Virus record (IMG/VR): IMGVR_UViG_3300027908_000007
Strand: one strand, 5' to 3'
DNA length: 61,599 nucleotides
DNA from: a virus
The notes below the pieces were generated by a model. It was not told where the DNA came from. It made no database searches and was given only the letters and a program-made list of their open reading frames with translations. The translations under genes were made by a program, and so were the position numbers. Shown piece by piece: positions 29,894 to 38,397 of this stretch. Position 1 is the stretch's first letter. Each line of letters opens with the position of its first letter.

Positions 29894-32766
29894 GCCTATC
29901 CGCCCTACATGCTGACATCGCGGCCCGCTATGACCGGCTGAACCAGAGCATCAGCAAGGGTAAGATCAAGCCTGAGCAGGCGGCGGTGTTGTCGGATCGG
30001 TATGCGTGGCCGGTCAGCAAAGACGGCACGCTGGGGATGGGCCAGCATGCGTCAGCCGAGCGGAAGTACATCGACAGCGTAGAGGCGTCCTGCCCGTTCA
30101 TTATCTCGACTCAAGACGAGGATAGCGACGGTGATATTGTTGTCTCCCGTGGAGCTGACCTTAGTCGCTTTGCTCTCAATCCGGTCGTGCTACTTGGTCA
30201 CGGCTCGTACCAAATGCCTATCGGAACAGCCAGGGCAAAGGACGGAACAATCTCCGTTTGGCCCGAAGAGAATCGCGTTAGAGCTAACTGCTATTTCGAT
30301 ATGCCTGATCCTGATTCTGCTGCGGTCTATGGCAAGGTCGAACGGGGCATTCTGAACGCCACTTCCATTTCGTTCTTGCCTCTTCAGGCTCACAAGCGAG
30401 AATACGACAAGGCTCACCATGACGGAATGATGCCGCCGGGGTGGCTGTTCCAGCGGTGGCAGCTCACTGAGTTTTCGATTGTGAGTGTGCCCGCGAATGC
30501 CGGTGCCGTACGGGACTGGCTAGACTCCGACAAGGACTTGAGCCCCAAGCTTCAGAAGGCCCTACAACCGTTCGCGGCCGTCGCTAAAGGCTGCTTTAAT
30601 GGCTACTGTCCGTGTCCGCCATGCGATAAAGCTTGGGACGAAGCCGACCATCCAAGAGGGCAGCCGGAGAATGCTGGGCAGTTTGGTCCGGCGAGTGGAG
30701 TGCCAAGCACGGATAGTGAATCGGCAAAGGTTGCATCCGAAGACTATAAAAATAACGGTACCAAGGCTAAGGCTTTCAAGGAGTGGTTTGGAGACAGCAA
30801 GGTAGTAGATAAAAAAGGCAAGCCTCTTGCGGTCTACCACGGAGCCCAATCAGATTTTGATGAGTTTGATTCTGCAAAAGCCGGATCGAACGCTTCTTTT
30901 GCAGGCAACGGTTTCTATTTTTCCGAGAACGAGAAGATAGCCAGATCCTACTCGTTTGAAGACGGAAAGATCATAGAAGCGTACCTGAAGGTGAAAAATC
31001 CTTTCGACTTTAAAGCCTCGGTTGGCGAAGATGGCCTGAGAGAATTGGCCAAGAAGGTGTCTTCCCTGTTTCAAAAAGAAGGCGTCACCAAAGATCAGCT
31101 TGAGCAAAAATTGCTGGGGGCATTTGGCGTCGACGGCAGTGGCAAAGCAGAGGCAATTAGCGGTTACTTCGTACACAATTCGATAGCCTCTGTCATCGGG
31201 AGCAAGAACGTAAATTCCGTCATCGAAAAGCTCGGCCACGATGGCATAAAGTATAGCTCCATGAATGCCGCAGGAACGCCAAGAGCAAGCAGCAAAGAAA
31301 AAGACTTAGGATTAGTTTGGGTCGCTTTCGGCCCTAAGCAGATAAAATCGGTTGACAACGATGGGACTTTTGACCCTGATAGCCCTAACATCCGAAAGAA
31401 AGCCAAATACGAAAGTCACCTAGGCCAGTTCCTTCATGCCCAGAGAGTCAAAGACATGACAAAGAAACAGAACGCGGCCGTGCTAACCTCTGGCCTGCCG
31501 GGTGCGAAAGCCTGCCACAAAAGCTACTGCGCCTGCAAATCGTGCAAGAGCGTTTGCAAGTCCAGTGTAAATGGCCACTTCATCACGTATTGTTCGTGCG
31601 GGAAAGTCATTGCTCAATGCCGATGCACCAGCAAGGACAAGATCAAGAAAACGATTACGGACGGGTGTTCAGAGTGTAAGCGCTCAAAGGGTCTTCCAGA
31701 GGAGGAAGACGCCGTATCTGGTGCCGAAGCGTCTGGAACGAATCCCGAGCGGCACGAGCATGAGGAAGAAGGGGCAGAGCACGAGAAGACGTTGCAAGAA
31801 TCGGTTGCCGCGAAGATGCCCAAGCTGATGGAGTGCGGCTACACCGAACCGCAGGCGATGTGTCTGGCTGCTCATTTGCACGGCAAGGGTCTGGAAGGCG
31901 AAGACATCACAGGACACGAAGAAGCGGCCAAAGCTCTTGGCTACACCAAGAAGGACGACATGGGTGGCGAAGAGTCCATGTCGCTGAAGAGCTTCGTGAA
32001 GTCCGTCAAGAAAGAAAGCGACTCGGAAGCCCTCGATGAGTCACACGAAGGGGAAACCGAATCCGCCAGCGAAGGCGAAGAAGCGGACGAAGAAGAGGAA
32101 GAGAAGCCGCAATACAAGCCATCCGCCAAGTGCCTTGGTGCGATGCACAACCATATGAAGCTTGCTCACGACTTCTTGAGCAAGGAAATCCCGGTGATGG
32201 ATCATCCCCAGCTATCCAAGGCCATGACTGCCCACGTCAAGGACTTGGAGGGCCACATGGAGAACTACAAGGATCTCGCAGGCAAGTACCATCCCGATCT
32301 CGACTTCGAGAAGATGTGCAAGGATCTCGGTGGCGAAGGTGGAGAAGCCGAAGAAGAATCAAACGAGACTGGTGCTGGCGAGTCCAGCGAAGCATCCTCG
32401 GAAGAAGGAGACGGCCGCAAGACGGACGACGAAAGCCCCGCCGAGAAGGTGCAAGAATACCAGCATCCCAAGGGAGCCAAACGTCGCGTCCAGAAGGCCA
32501 TGATGGATCACGGCTGCGTCAAGGAAGCTGCGGACTACATGGCGGAAGCGTCCAGAGATGCTACAATGCCGCGAACGCACAAAGCGGCGATGTCTCACCA
32601 CTGCTCAGCCCTTACGGGATACTGCAAGGCGATAGAGACAACGCCAGCGGAGCCAGTACGGGAAGGCGACCCGAATGAGGTGCCGCCGGAAGCTATGAAG
32701 AAGGTTGCCGAGCGGTTCGACCAGTTTGCCGATTTGATCTTCCTGAAGACGGGGCAACGGTTCTAA
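29890..32766 (+). CDS. prohead protease (HK97 gp4/S78-like) fused to an ART-like domain, a Cys-rich segment and an acidic scaffold-like C-terminal half
   Basis: The N-terminus reads FIISTQDEDSDGDIV...VVLLGHG...ATSISF...SIVSVPAN. Residues ~295-500 read WFGDSKVVDKKGKPLAVYHGAQSDFDEF...GFYFSENEKIARSY...AYLKVKNP...KQIKSVDNDGTFD. These are followed by a CxxC cluster and E/D-rich coiled regions. Confidence 0.75.
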   Translation: MSLSALHADIAARYDRLNQSISKGKIKPEQAAVLSDRYAWPVSKDGTLGMGQHASAERKYIDSVEASCPFIISTQDEDSDGDIVVSRGADLSRFALNPVVLLGHGSYQMPIGTARAKDGTISVWPEENRVRANCYFDMPDPDSAAVYGKVERGILNATSISFLPLQAHKREYDKAHHDGMMPPGWLFQRWQLTEFSIVSVPANAGAVRDWLDSDKDLSPKLQKALQPFAAVAKGCFNGYCPCPPCDKAWDEADHPRGQPENAGQFGPASGVPSTDSESAKVASEDYKNNGTKAKAFKEWFGDSKVVDKKGKPLAVYHGAQSDFDEFDSAKAGSNASFAGNGFYFSENEKIARSYSFEDGKIIEAYLKVKNPFDFKASVGEDGLRELAKKVSSLFQKEGVTKDQLEQKLLGAFGVDGSGKAEAISGYFVHNSIASVIGSKNVNSVIEKLGHDGIKYSSMNAAGTPRASSKEKDLGLVWVAFGPKQIKSVDNDGTFDPDSPNIRKKAKYESHLGQFLHAQRVKDMTKKQNAAVLTSGLPGAKACHKSYCACKSCKSVCKSSVNGHFITYCSCGKVIAQCRCTSKDKIKKTITDGCSECKRSKGLPEEEDAVSGAEASGTNPERHEHEEEGAEHEKTLQESVAAKMPKLMECGYTEPQAMCLAAHLHGKGLEGEDITGHEEAAKALGYTKKDDMGGEESMSLKSFVKSVKKESDSEALDESHEGETESASEGEEADEEEEEKPQYKPSAKCLGAMHNHMKLAHDFLSKEIPVMDHPQLSKAMTAHVKDLEGHMENYKDLAGKYHPDLDFEKMCKDLGGEGGEAEEESNETGAGESSEASSEEGDGRKTDDESPAEKVQEYQHPKGAKRRVQKAMMDHGCVKEAADYMAEASRDATMPRTHKAAMSHHCSALTGYCKAIETTPAEPVREGDPNEVPPEAMKKVAERFDQFADLIFLKTGQRF

Positions 32767-32957
32767 TGCCGGAAGTTATTGGCTATGGAACGCAGAGGTC
32801 TACAAAGCTTGAGCAGACGGTTCAGGCTTTTCGGGACCAGCTCGTTCAGGCTCAGAAAGAAAAGACTACTGGCCAGATCACGGCTCTGGTAGACTTGGGC
32901 GAAGGCGGGATCAATAGCAGTAAAATCGGAGTGGTCAAAAACGTCCTAACTAAATAG
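32766..32957 (+). CDS. hypothetical protein
   Basis: 63-aa ORF with a TAATG junction. Confidence 0.5.
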   Translation: MPEVIGYGTQRSTKLEQTVQAFRDQLVQAQKEKTTGQITALVDLGEGGINSSKIGVVKNVLTK

Positions 32958-33010
32958 TGGTCCCGTCAAAGCGGGAGTTCATCTCAGCCCTCCGGGGAAT
33001 TGAGCATGAG

Positions 33011-33044
33011 CCTGCGGGAGAAATCTCGCGGGCTTTTTCTTTTC
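33011..33044 (+). terminator. terminator-like or RNA-stabilising hairpin just upstream of the capsid gene
   Basis: CCTGCGGGA (33011-33019), GAAA loop, TCTCGCGGG (33024-32): 9 bp including 2 G:U pairs. Followed by CTTTTTCTTTT. Confidence 0.45.
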
Positions 33045-33055
33045 CTGGAGAACAA

Positions 33056-34474
33056 ATGGCAGCATTTTCCAATCAGACGGCGGTCAAGGACGTAGGCAAA
33101 GACCTCATGGAGAGGTTCGACAAGATCGAGAAGTTCTTTACCGACAAGGCTGAAAAGGAAGTCAAGCAAGCTCCGCGAATGGCCATGTCCAAGTTCGTTC
33201 CGGCGGGGACCGATCCGGGATGGGATCAGGATCACATTCAACGGCTCTCGAAGTCTTACGATCCAGGCAACATCGAACACCTGATGCGGATGAGCAAAGG
33301 TCGCGTCAGCCCGCATGGTTCCGCTATCAAGAAGATGTGCCTCGCTGGGATGCCGACTTATAAGTCTCACTACGAGCAGACGTACGGTGAGCTGTCTCCT
33401 GAAGATCGGGCATACGGTAACGAGCAGTTTGAGCGAGACTGCAAGTTTGTGCCGTGGTACTCGCTGGCCAACAAATCCATCCGCAGCGGGACGGGGGAGA
33501 TCCACAAGGCCAGCAACATGGCCGAGAACTCAGGCATCCTCGGTGGCTATGCCGTTCCTCCTGATTTCAGGAATCAGGTCCAGACGATTCAGGAAGAAGA
33601 GTCTACGATTCTGCCTCGCTGCATGCGGATTCCGCAGACGACCAAGACATCGACTTGGCCCATGCTGGACATCTTCACCAACTACGGAACCGGCAAAAGC
33701 CCTTACGAAGCGAACGTCTTCCAGTCGTGGCAGCCTGAAGCGGCCCTCATCAATCAAACCAATACCCAACTTCGCCAGTTCAATCTAAGCAACTGGGATC
33801 TCGTCACCTATATCGTCATCAGCAACGACCTGTTGCAAGACAACAGCGTTGGCCTGGACACGATCATCACGACCCTGTTGGCGAGTTCGGCAGGCTTCTA
33901 CATCGAATACGCCTTGATGAATGGCCTAGGCAGCAATAGTAGCATGCCCCTTGGTGTGCTTAATGCTCCTTCGACCATCGGCATCGACCGGCAGACCAGC
34001 AACACAATCACAATCTCTGACGTTCTCACGATGTACTCGCGGCTCCAGAGCCGGTCGTGGGATAGCTTCTGCTGGCACGCTCACCAGAGCACGATTCCGG
34101 CCCTTGCGGCACTCGTTAGCAACGCCACCACTGGTCAGTTCGCCTTGCTCGACCCGAACGGCCAGAACGGCATGGGGCCGTTGGCTGGGCGGATGGCTGA
34201 CAAGCTGTTCGGTGGTGCTCCGCTCTACTTCACGCAGACCTGCCAGCAACTAGGCTCGACGGGAGACTTGCGGGCCAACGACTGGAAGCACTACTTCGTA
34301 GGCGAGCGAATGGGGCTTCAGGTTGCTGTCAGCGACCAGTTCTTGTTCACGAATAATCAGATTGTGATTCGGTCGGTTCAAAGATTGGGCGGAGCGCCGT
34401 GGACCCCGACGACCATAACCGATGCACAAGGGTTCACTATTAGCCCATTTGTTTTGCTCGACGTACATTCCTAG
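33056..34474 (+). CDS. major capsid protein, HK97 fold, with a ~170-aa N-terminal (delta-like) domain
   Basis: ATG 33056 follows GGAGAA and the hairpin. Contains GGYAVPPDF, and the C-terminus FTNNQIVIRSVQRLGG is typical of HK97-type MCPs. GTG 32957 is rejected as the start. Confidence 0.75.
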   Translation: MAAFSNQTAVKDVGKDLMERFDKIEKFFTDKAEKEVKQAPRMAMSKFVPAGTDPGWDQDHIQRLSKSYDPGNIEHLMRMSKGRVSPHGSAIKKMCLAGMPTYKSHYEQTYGELSPEDRAYGNEQFERDCKFVPWYSLANKSIRSGTGEIHKASNMAENSGILGGYAVPPDFRNQVQTIQEEESTILPRCMRIPQTTKTSTWPMLDIFTNYGTGKSPYEANVFQSWQPEAALINQTNTQLRQFNLSNWDLVTYIVISNDLLQDNSVGLDTIITTLLASSAGFYIEYALMNGLGSNSSMPLGVLNAPSTIGIDRQTSNTITISDVLTMYSRLQSRSWDSFCWHAHQSTIPALAALVSNATTGQFALLDPNGQNGMGPLAGRMADKLFGGAPLYFTQTCQQLGSTGDLRANDWKHYFVGERMGLQVAVSDQFLFTNNQIVIRSVQRLGGAPWTPTTITDAQGFTISPFVLLDVHS

Positions 34475-34489
34475 GCCACATAAGGACTT

Positions 34490-35563
34490 ATGCCAACATC
34501 GCTACGCGACCACATGCGACGAAGGAAAGCCTCCATCCCGAAAGGATGGACTGGCTTCCTGTCGGCATTGCGTAATAGGCAGCACAAGCAGTTAGCGGAC
34601 ATGGGATCGGTTTTGGTATCGAAAGCATCGGTCCAGAACGAGTCGAGTGGTATCACAGGCGGCTATTCGGTGCCTCCCGATTTCAACCTGATGATCGCGA
34701 CGACCTACGAAGAGGAGTCGTTCTGGTATCAGCGGGCAACCGTGGTGCCGATGCTTAGCCTTGAGACGGCCTTGCCGATTCCTAATGCTTCGGCTCAGAC
34801 GGCTGGTACGGCTCCGTGGTTTGGCGGGATGGATCTAGGCTGGGTCGGGACGCCTATCGCCACTAACACGACGTTCTCGCAAGTCAGGCTGACCGCCAAG
34901 AGCTTGACCGGTGTCATCACGGTATCTAACGACCTCGCGGCGGACATGGGTCCGGGTGGCGACGAGTTCCTCTTTACCATCTTCGCTCGCGGGGCGGCGT
35001 ACTACGAAGAGCTAGCGTTCCTTCAGGGGACTGGAGTAGTCGCGGGAGGGTCTAGTCCTCAGGCTCAGCCTCAGGGGGTAATCAATGCTCCTGGAACGGT
35101 GGTTATTACTCGCAAGACCACGAACCAGATCAATCAGCAGGACGTTAATGGCCTTGCCGCCGCTCTTGCTCCGAAGTCGTGGACGAAGGCGATATGGGTG
35201 TGCAGTCCGACTGCTCTAGCTCAGGTTATGGCCATTACCGGATACGTTCCGAACCAGCAAAATGGCTTCGATACCGACCACGTATCGGCAGCCGGATCGC
35301 TCGCAGGCAGACCGTTGTTTGTGACCGACAAGGTTCCAGCCCTTGGGACGCAAGGTGATCTTGGATTGTACGATCCAAGCCAGTACGTGATCGGTGATAG
35401 GGCTGAACTGATTGTGCAAGCCAGCACAGAGAACAAGTTCACAAACAATCAGACGGTATATCGGATCTGGAGACGCCTGGACGGTACTCCGATCTATGGC
35501 AAGCCAATTACCCTAACGGACGGAGCTACGCAAGTAAGTTCGTTCGTCACTCTGTCCAAATAA
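34490..35563 (+). CDS. second HK97-fold capsid protein paralog
   Basis: GGYSVPPDF...EEES... and the C-terminal FTNNQTVYRIWRRLDG align with the preceding gene product. Confidence 0.7.
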   Translation: MPTSLRDHMRRRKASIPKGWTGFLSALRNRQHKQLADMGSVLVSKASVQNESSGITGGYSVPPDFNLMIATTYEEESFWYQRATVVPMLSLETALPIPNASAQTAGTAPWFGGMDLGWVGTPIATNTTFSQVRLTAKSLTGVITVSNDLAADMGPGGDEFLFTIFARGAAYYEELAFLQGTGVVAGGSSPQAQPQGVINAPGTVVITRKTTNQINQQDVNGLAAALAPKSWTKAIWVCSPTALAQVMAITGYVPNQQNGFDTDHVSAAGSLAGRPLFVTDKVPALGTQGDLGLYDPSQYVIGDRAELIVQASTENKFTNNQTVYRIWRRLDGTPIYGKPITLTDGATQVSSFVTLSK

Positions 35564-35572
35564 GGAGCAATC

Positions 35573-36040
35573 ATGATTTCGGCCTACTTAGAGCAGCTGA
35601 CACAAGGTCTTTCGTGGCCATGCTCTCCGCTATTCACCGTCAACGCCGCCAGCAACGCCACGGCGTCCACAATCGGCCCAGTCTTGGCCAGCGAGTTCGA
35701 GCGGTTCATTGCCGTGGTCGAAGTCTCGACGGTCACTGGGGCAGGCAACGTCTCGGTGTACTTGCAGGGCAGTAACTTCGCCAACGGTGCGAACGCCGTC
35801 AACATCAGCCCGACGAACGTCGTTGGGTTCTCGAACACGGCGAATACGCTCATCACCGTGGAGGCTCGCGGGGACCAGCTTCCCAGCACTGGCAATGCCT
35901 ACATCTTGGCTAAGGTGCTGATCGGCGGAAATTCCGTCTTCACTGGCGGCATGTTGATTGGTGCGGGTGCTCGGTACAGCCCTGCGAGCAATTACAATAA
36001 CCTGAACACGCTGCCGGTTGCTAACCAGATCGTGTACTAA
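35573..36040 (+). CDS. hypothetical structural protein (N/T/G-rich; decoration-protein candidate)
   Basis: 155-aa ORF immediately after the capsid genes. Confidence 0.45.
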   Translation: MISAYLEQLTQGLSWPCSPLFTVNAASNATASTIGPVLASEFERFIAVVEVSTVTGAGNVSVYLQGSNFANGANAVNISPTNVVGFSNTANTLITVEARGDQLPSTGNAYILAKVLIGGNSVFTGGMLIGAGARYSPASNYNNLNTLPVANQIVY

Positions 36041-36549
36041 TGGACGACATCGAAAAACGTCTGGCACAGCAGCTTGGTTGCGGGCCAGCGACTTCCGCTA
36101 GCGGTTTCGTGCCAACTGAAGAATATGCCGGGCCGCAAGCTTCACCGGAGAGCAAAATGATTCCGACTTACGTTGACGACAGGCGGCGGACGCATGCCCC
36201 CTCGGCTGCGAGCATGCGGCCTCCCACTGTGCCTCCCGAGCATGTTCAGGACCATCCGTTTTGCGATGCTCCCGGGATGGCTCCCGAAGCAAAAAAGGAC
36301 GTGGCGGAATGGTTCCAGATCTTGGACAGCTACGTCAAGGCCAACGACGCAAGGTTCTCGGCACTCGAAGGCAGGCTTACTGTGCTGGAATCGAGACCGG
36401 CAGTGCAGGCCGACGAGAAGACGCTGGCGGACTTGAACGGCCGCATTGCTGCTCTTGAGGCCAAGCCAGCGGCGGACAGCGATTCTATTGCGGCATTGCA
36501 GGCTCGCGTTGTTTCACTGGAGGAATTCCAGGCAACGCTGGTCAAGTAA
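36040..36549 (+). CDS. hypothetical protein with a C-terminal coiled coil
   Basis: 169-aa ORF with a TAATG junction. Contains the repeats LEGRLTVLESRPAVQ...LNGRIAALEAKPAA. Confidence 0.5.
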   Translation: MDDIEKRLAQQLGCGPATSASGFVPTEEYAGPQASPESKMIPTYVDDRRRTHAPSAASMRPPTVPPEHVQDHPFCDAPGMAPEAKKDVAEWFQILDSYVKANDARFSALEGRLTVLESRPAVQADEKTLADLNGRIAALEAKPAADSDSIAALQARVVSLEEFQATLVK

Positions 36550-36578
36550 CTCTCTTAACTTCTCTAGGAGGAAGTTTC

Positions 36579-38153
36579 GTGAGCGAGCAGATTGAAAAAC
36601 CAATTGTCTTCATAGCCCACATCTCTTACGGACTATGCGTGCGGGCGTCAGCAAGGCAAGTAGATTGCCATACGCTCAAACCCGACGACCCCTATCAGCC
36701 AATCAGGTACAACACTGGATTCTCCTTGCTGGCCCATGCGTTTAATGATGCGTGGTGCCAGGCGTTGAATCAACAGAAACTCGGCATGAACATCAAGTAC
36801 TTCGTGATGCTTCATGACGACATCGTTCCTGAGGACTGGTGGGTCCGCCAGCTTATCGACGACATCGAGCCGACCGACTTCGACATGGTTTCCGCTCTGG
36901 TTCCTCTCAAGGACACGTCGGGAGCTTCGAGCACGGCCGTAGACAAGTTCGGCAATAAGCACGAGCAATGGAATCCGTCTCCTGGGGACCAGTATCTCTG
37001 GGAACGTCGAGTCACCATGAAGGAAGCAGCCAAGCTCCCAGCGGTGTTCACAGCGGCAGATTGCGGCTACGCCGATAGGCGTCTCCTAGCGAATACCGGC
37101 TGCTGGATCTGCCGCTTTGATCGCCCCTGGAGGCACGAGACTGACGAGCATGGCAACCTGAAGATGTTCTTCAAGATCGACAACCGCATTCACATGAACA
37201 ACGGCAACTGGACTGCCGATTGCGAACCTGAAGACTGGTTCTTCTCTCGACAACTCCAAAGACTCGGCGGCAAGGTTGCGGTGACTCGAAACGTGAGGCT
37301 GACGCATTACGGGCTAACTCCTTACCCGAACTACGCCAAGTGGGGATGCGATTACGACAAGGCTTTCGCGGAGAACGTCGGCTACACGCCCATCGGTGAA
37401 AAGCAGCCCGACATTAACTTCAGCTATGACTCGACTGAATTCCCAGACGTGCGGGGCTTCCTGAACGACGACGAAGGCAGATTGCTTGCGGAGATTGCCA
37501 AGGATAAGAGCGTTCTGGAGATCGGCTCTTATTGTGGTCGGTCGACGATCTGGATGGCTCGCACGGCGAAATCAGTCCTTGCGGTGGATACCTGGAATGG
37601 CAAAGGCATGGACGGGGAAGACACCCTTGCGGTGTTTACAGAGAACATCTGCCGCCACAAGGTCGCCCACAAGATCGACATTGCCGGGGGCACGATCAAA
37701 GCGACCAGGAAGGCTAACGGCTGGTACGAAGGCTCTCCGCACTACAACCCTGAAGGCTGGCCCTTCCAGTTCATCTTCATTGACGCCGGCCACACCTTCG
37801 AGGAAGTACAATCGGACATTGACGAATCACTCCCGTTGTTGTCCACGGACGGCCTTGTAGCTTTCCACGACTACGCGAGGGCGATAGATCCTGGTGTGAC
37901 TCAGGCGGTAGATTTGTTAATCAAACAGGGTGCGGAAATTGTAGCCCGTGCCGGTACAGTCATTGTTTTGAAGGTGCAAAATGTCAGACGAGAAACAAGA
38001 ACAAGCGGAGAAGGACCGGCAGAAGAACGCCACCTTGGCGGACCTGAAACAAATGGTTTCGGAGCAAGCCAAGAGCATCGAGACGCTGACGCAGCAAGTA
38101 GCATCGTTGCTGGTGAATCGGCAGCCACTTTCTCAGCAGTCGTCTCAGCATGA
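36579..38153 (+). CDS. GT-A glycosyltransferase-like domain fused to a class I SAM-dependent methyltransferase (Methyltransf_24-like)
   Basis: GTG 36579 follows AGGAGG. The N-terminal half has MLHDDIVPEDWW and EDWFFSRQLQRLGGKV. The C-terminal half has VLEIGSYCGRST...FIFIDAGHTFEEV...LVAFHDY. The last ~55 aa look like run-on sequence. Confidence 0.6.
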   Translation: MSEQIEKPIVFIAHISYGLCVRASARQVDCHTLKPDDPYQPIRYNTGFSLLAHAFNDAWCQALNQQKLGMNIKYFVMLHDDIVPEDWWVRQLIDDIEPTDFDMVSALVPLKDTSGASSTAVDKFGNKHEQWNPSPGDQYLWERRVTMKEAAKLPAVFTAADCGYADRRLLANTGCWICRFDRPWRHETDEHGNLKMFFKIDNRIHMNNGNWTADCEPEDWFFSRQLQRLGGKVAVTRNVRLTHYGLTPYPNYAKWGCDYDKAFAENVGYTPIGEKQPDINFSYDSTEFPDVRGFLNDDEGRLLAEIAKDKSVLEIGSYCGRSTIWMARTAKSVLAVDTWNGKGMDGEDTLAVFTENICRHKVAHKIDIAGGTIKATRKANGWYEGSPHYNPEGWPFQFIFIDAGHTFEEVQSDIDESLPLLSTDGLVAFHDYARAIDPGVTQAVDLLIKQGAEIVARAGTVIVLKVQNVRRETRTSGEGPAEERHLGGPETNGFGASQEHRDADAASSIVAGESAATFSAVVSA

Positions 38154-38397
38154 ATACCTGATCTCCAAGGGCTGGTCGCCCATTGGGATAGACGACAAGG
38201 GCAACGAACTATGGAAGCCTCCCGAGCAGGACGTCAAGATCTGGCAGAAGGACGTGACCTATCCGTCATCCAAGGCTCCTGATGACCGTAGTCGTGACAC
38301 GACGTTCAAGCGGACCATGATTCCGTCGCTTGAACTGCAATGCACGACTCTCCAGGCGGTGTTCCGGCAGAAGCAGAAGGATAGCAAGGTTGCGTAA
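37981..38397 (+). CDS. hypothetical protein
   Basis: 138-aa ORF with good composition. Overlaps the upstream ORF's tail by 173 nt. Confidence 0.5.
   Translation: MSDEKQEQAEKDRQKNATLADLKQMVSEQAKSIETLTQQVASLLVNRQPLSQQSSQHEYLISKGWSPIGIDDKGNELWKPPEQDVKIWQKDVTYPSSKAPDDRSRDTTFKRTMIPSLELQCTTLQAVFRQKQKDSKVA

Noticed and set aside
32130-32678. 182-aa alternative-frame ORF and antisense ORFs within the acidic half of the protease fusion
   Set aside because: They are frame shadows of the GAA/GAG-rich coding sequence (an Arg/Gly-rich translation) and have no independent start signals.
32957-33055. GTG 32957 as the start of the major capsid protein
   Set aside because: A terminator-like hairpin and U-tract lie inside this extension, and ATG 33056 has a proper GGAGAA RBS.
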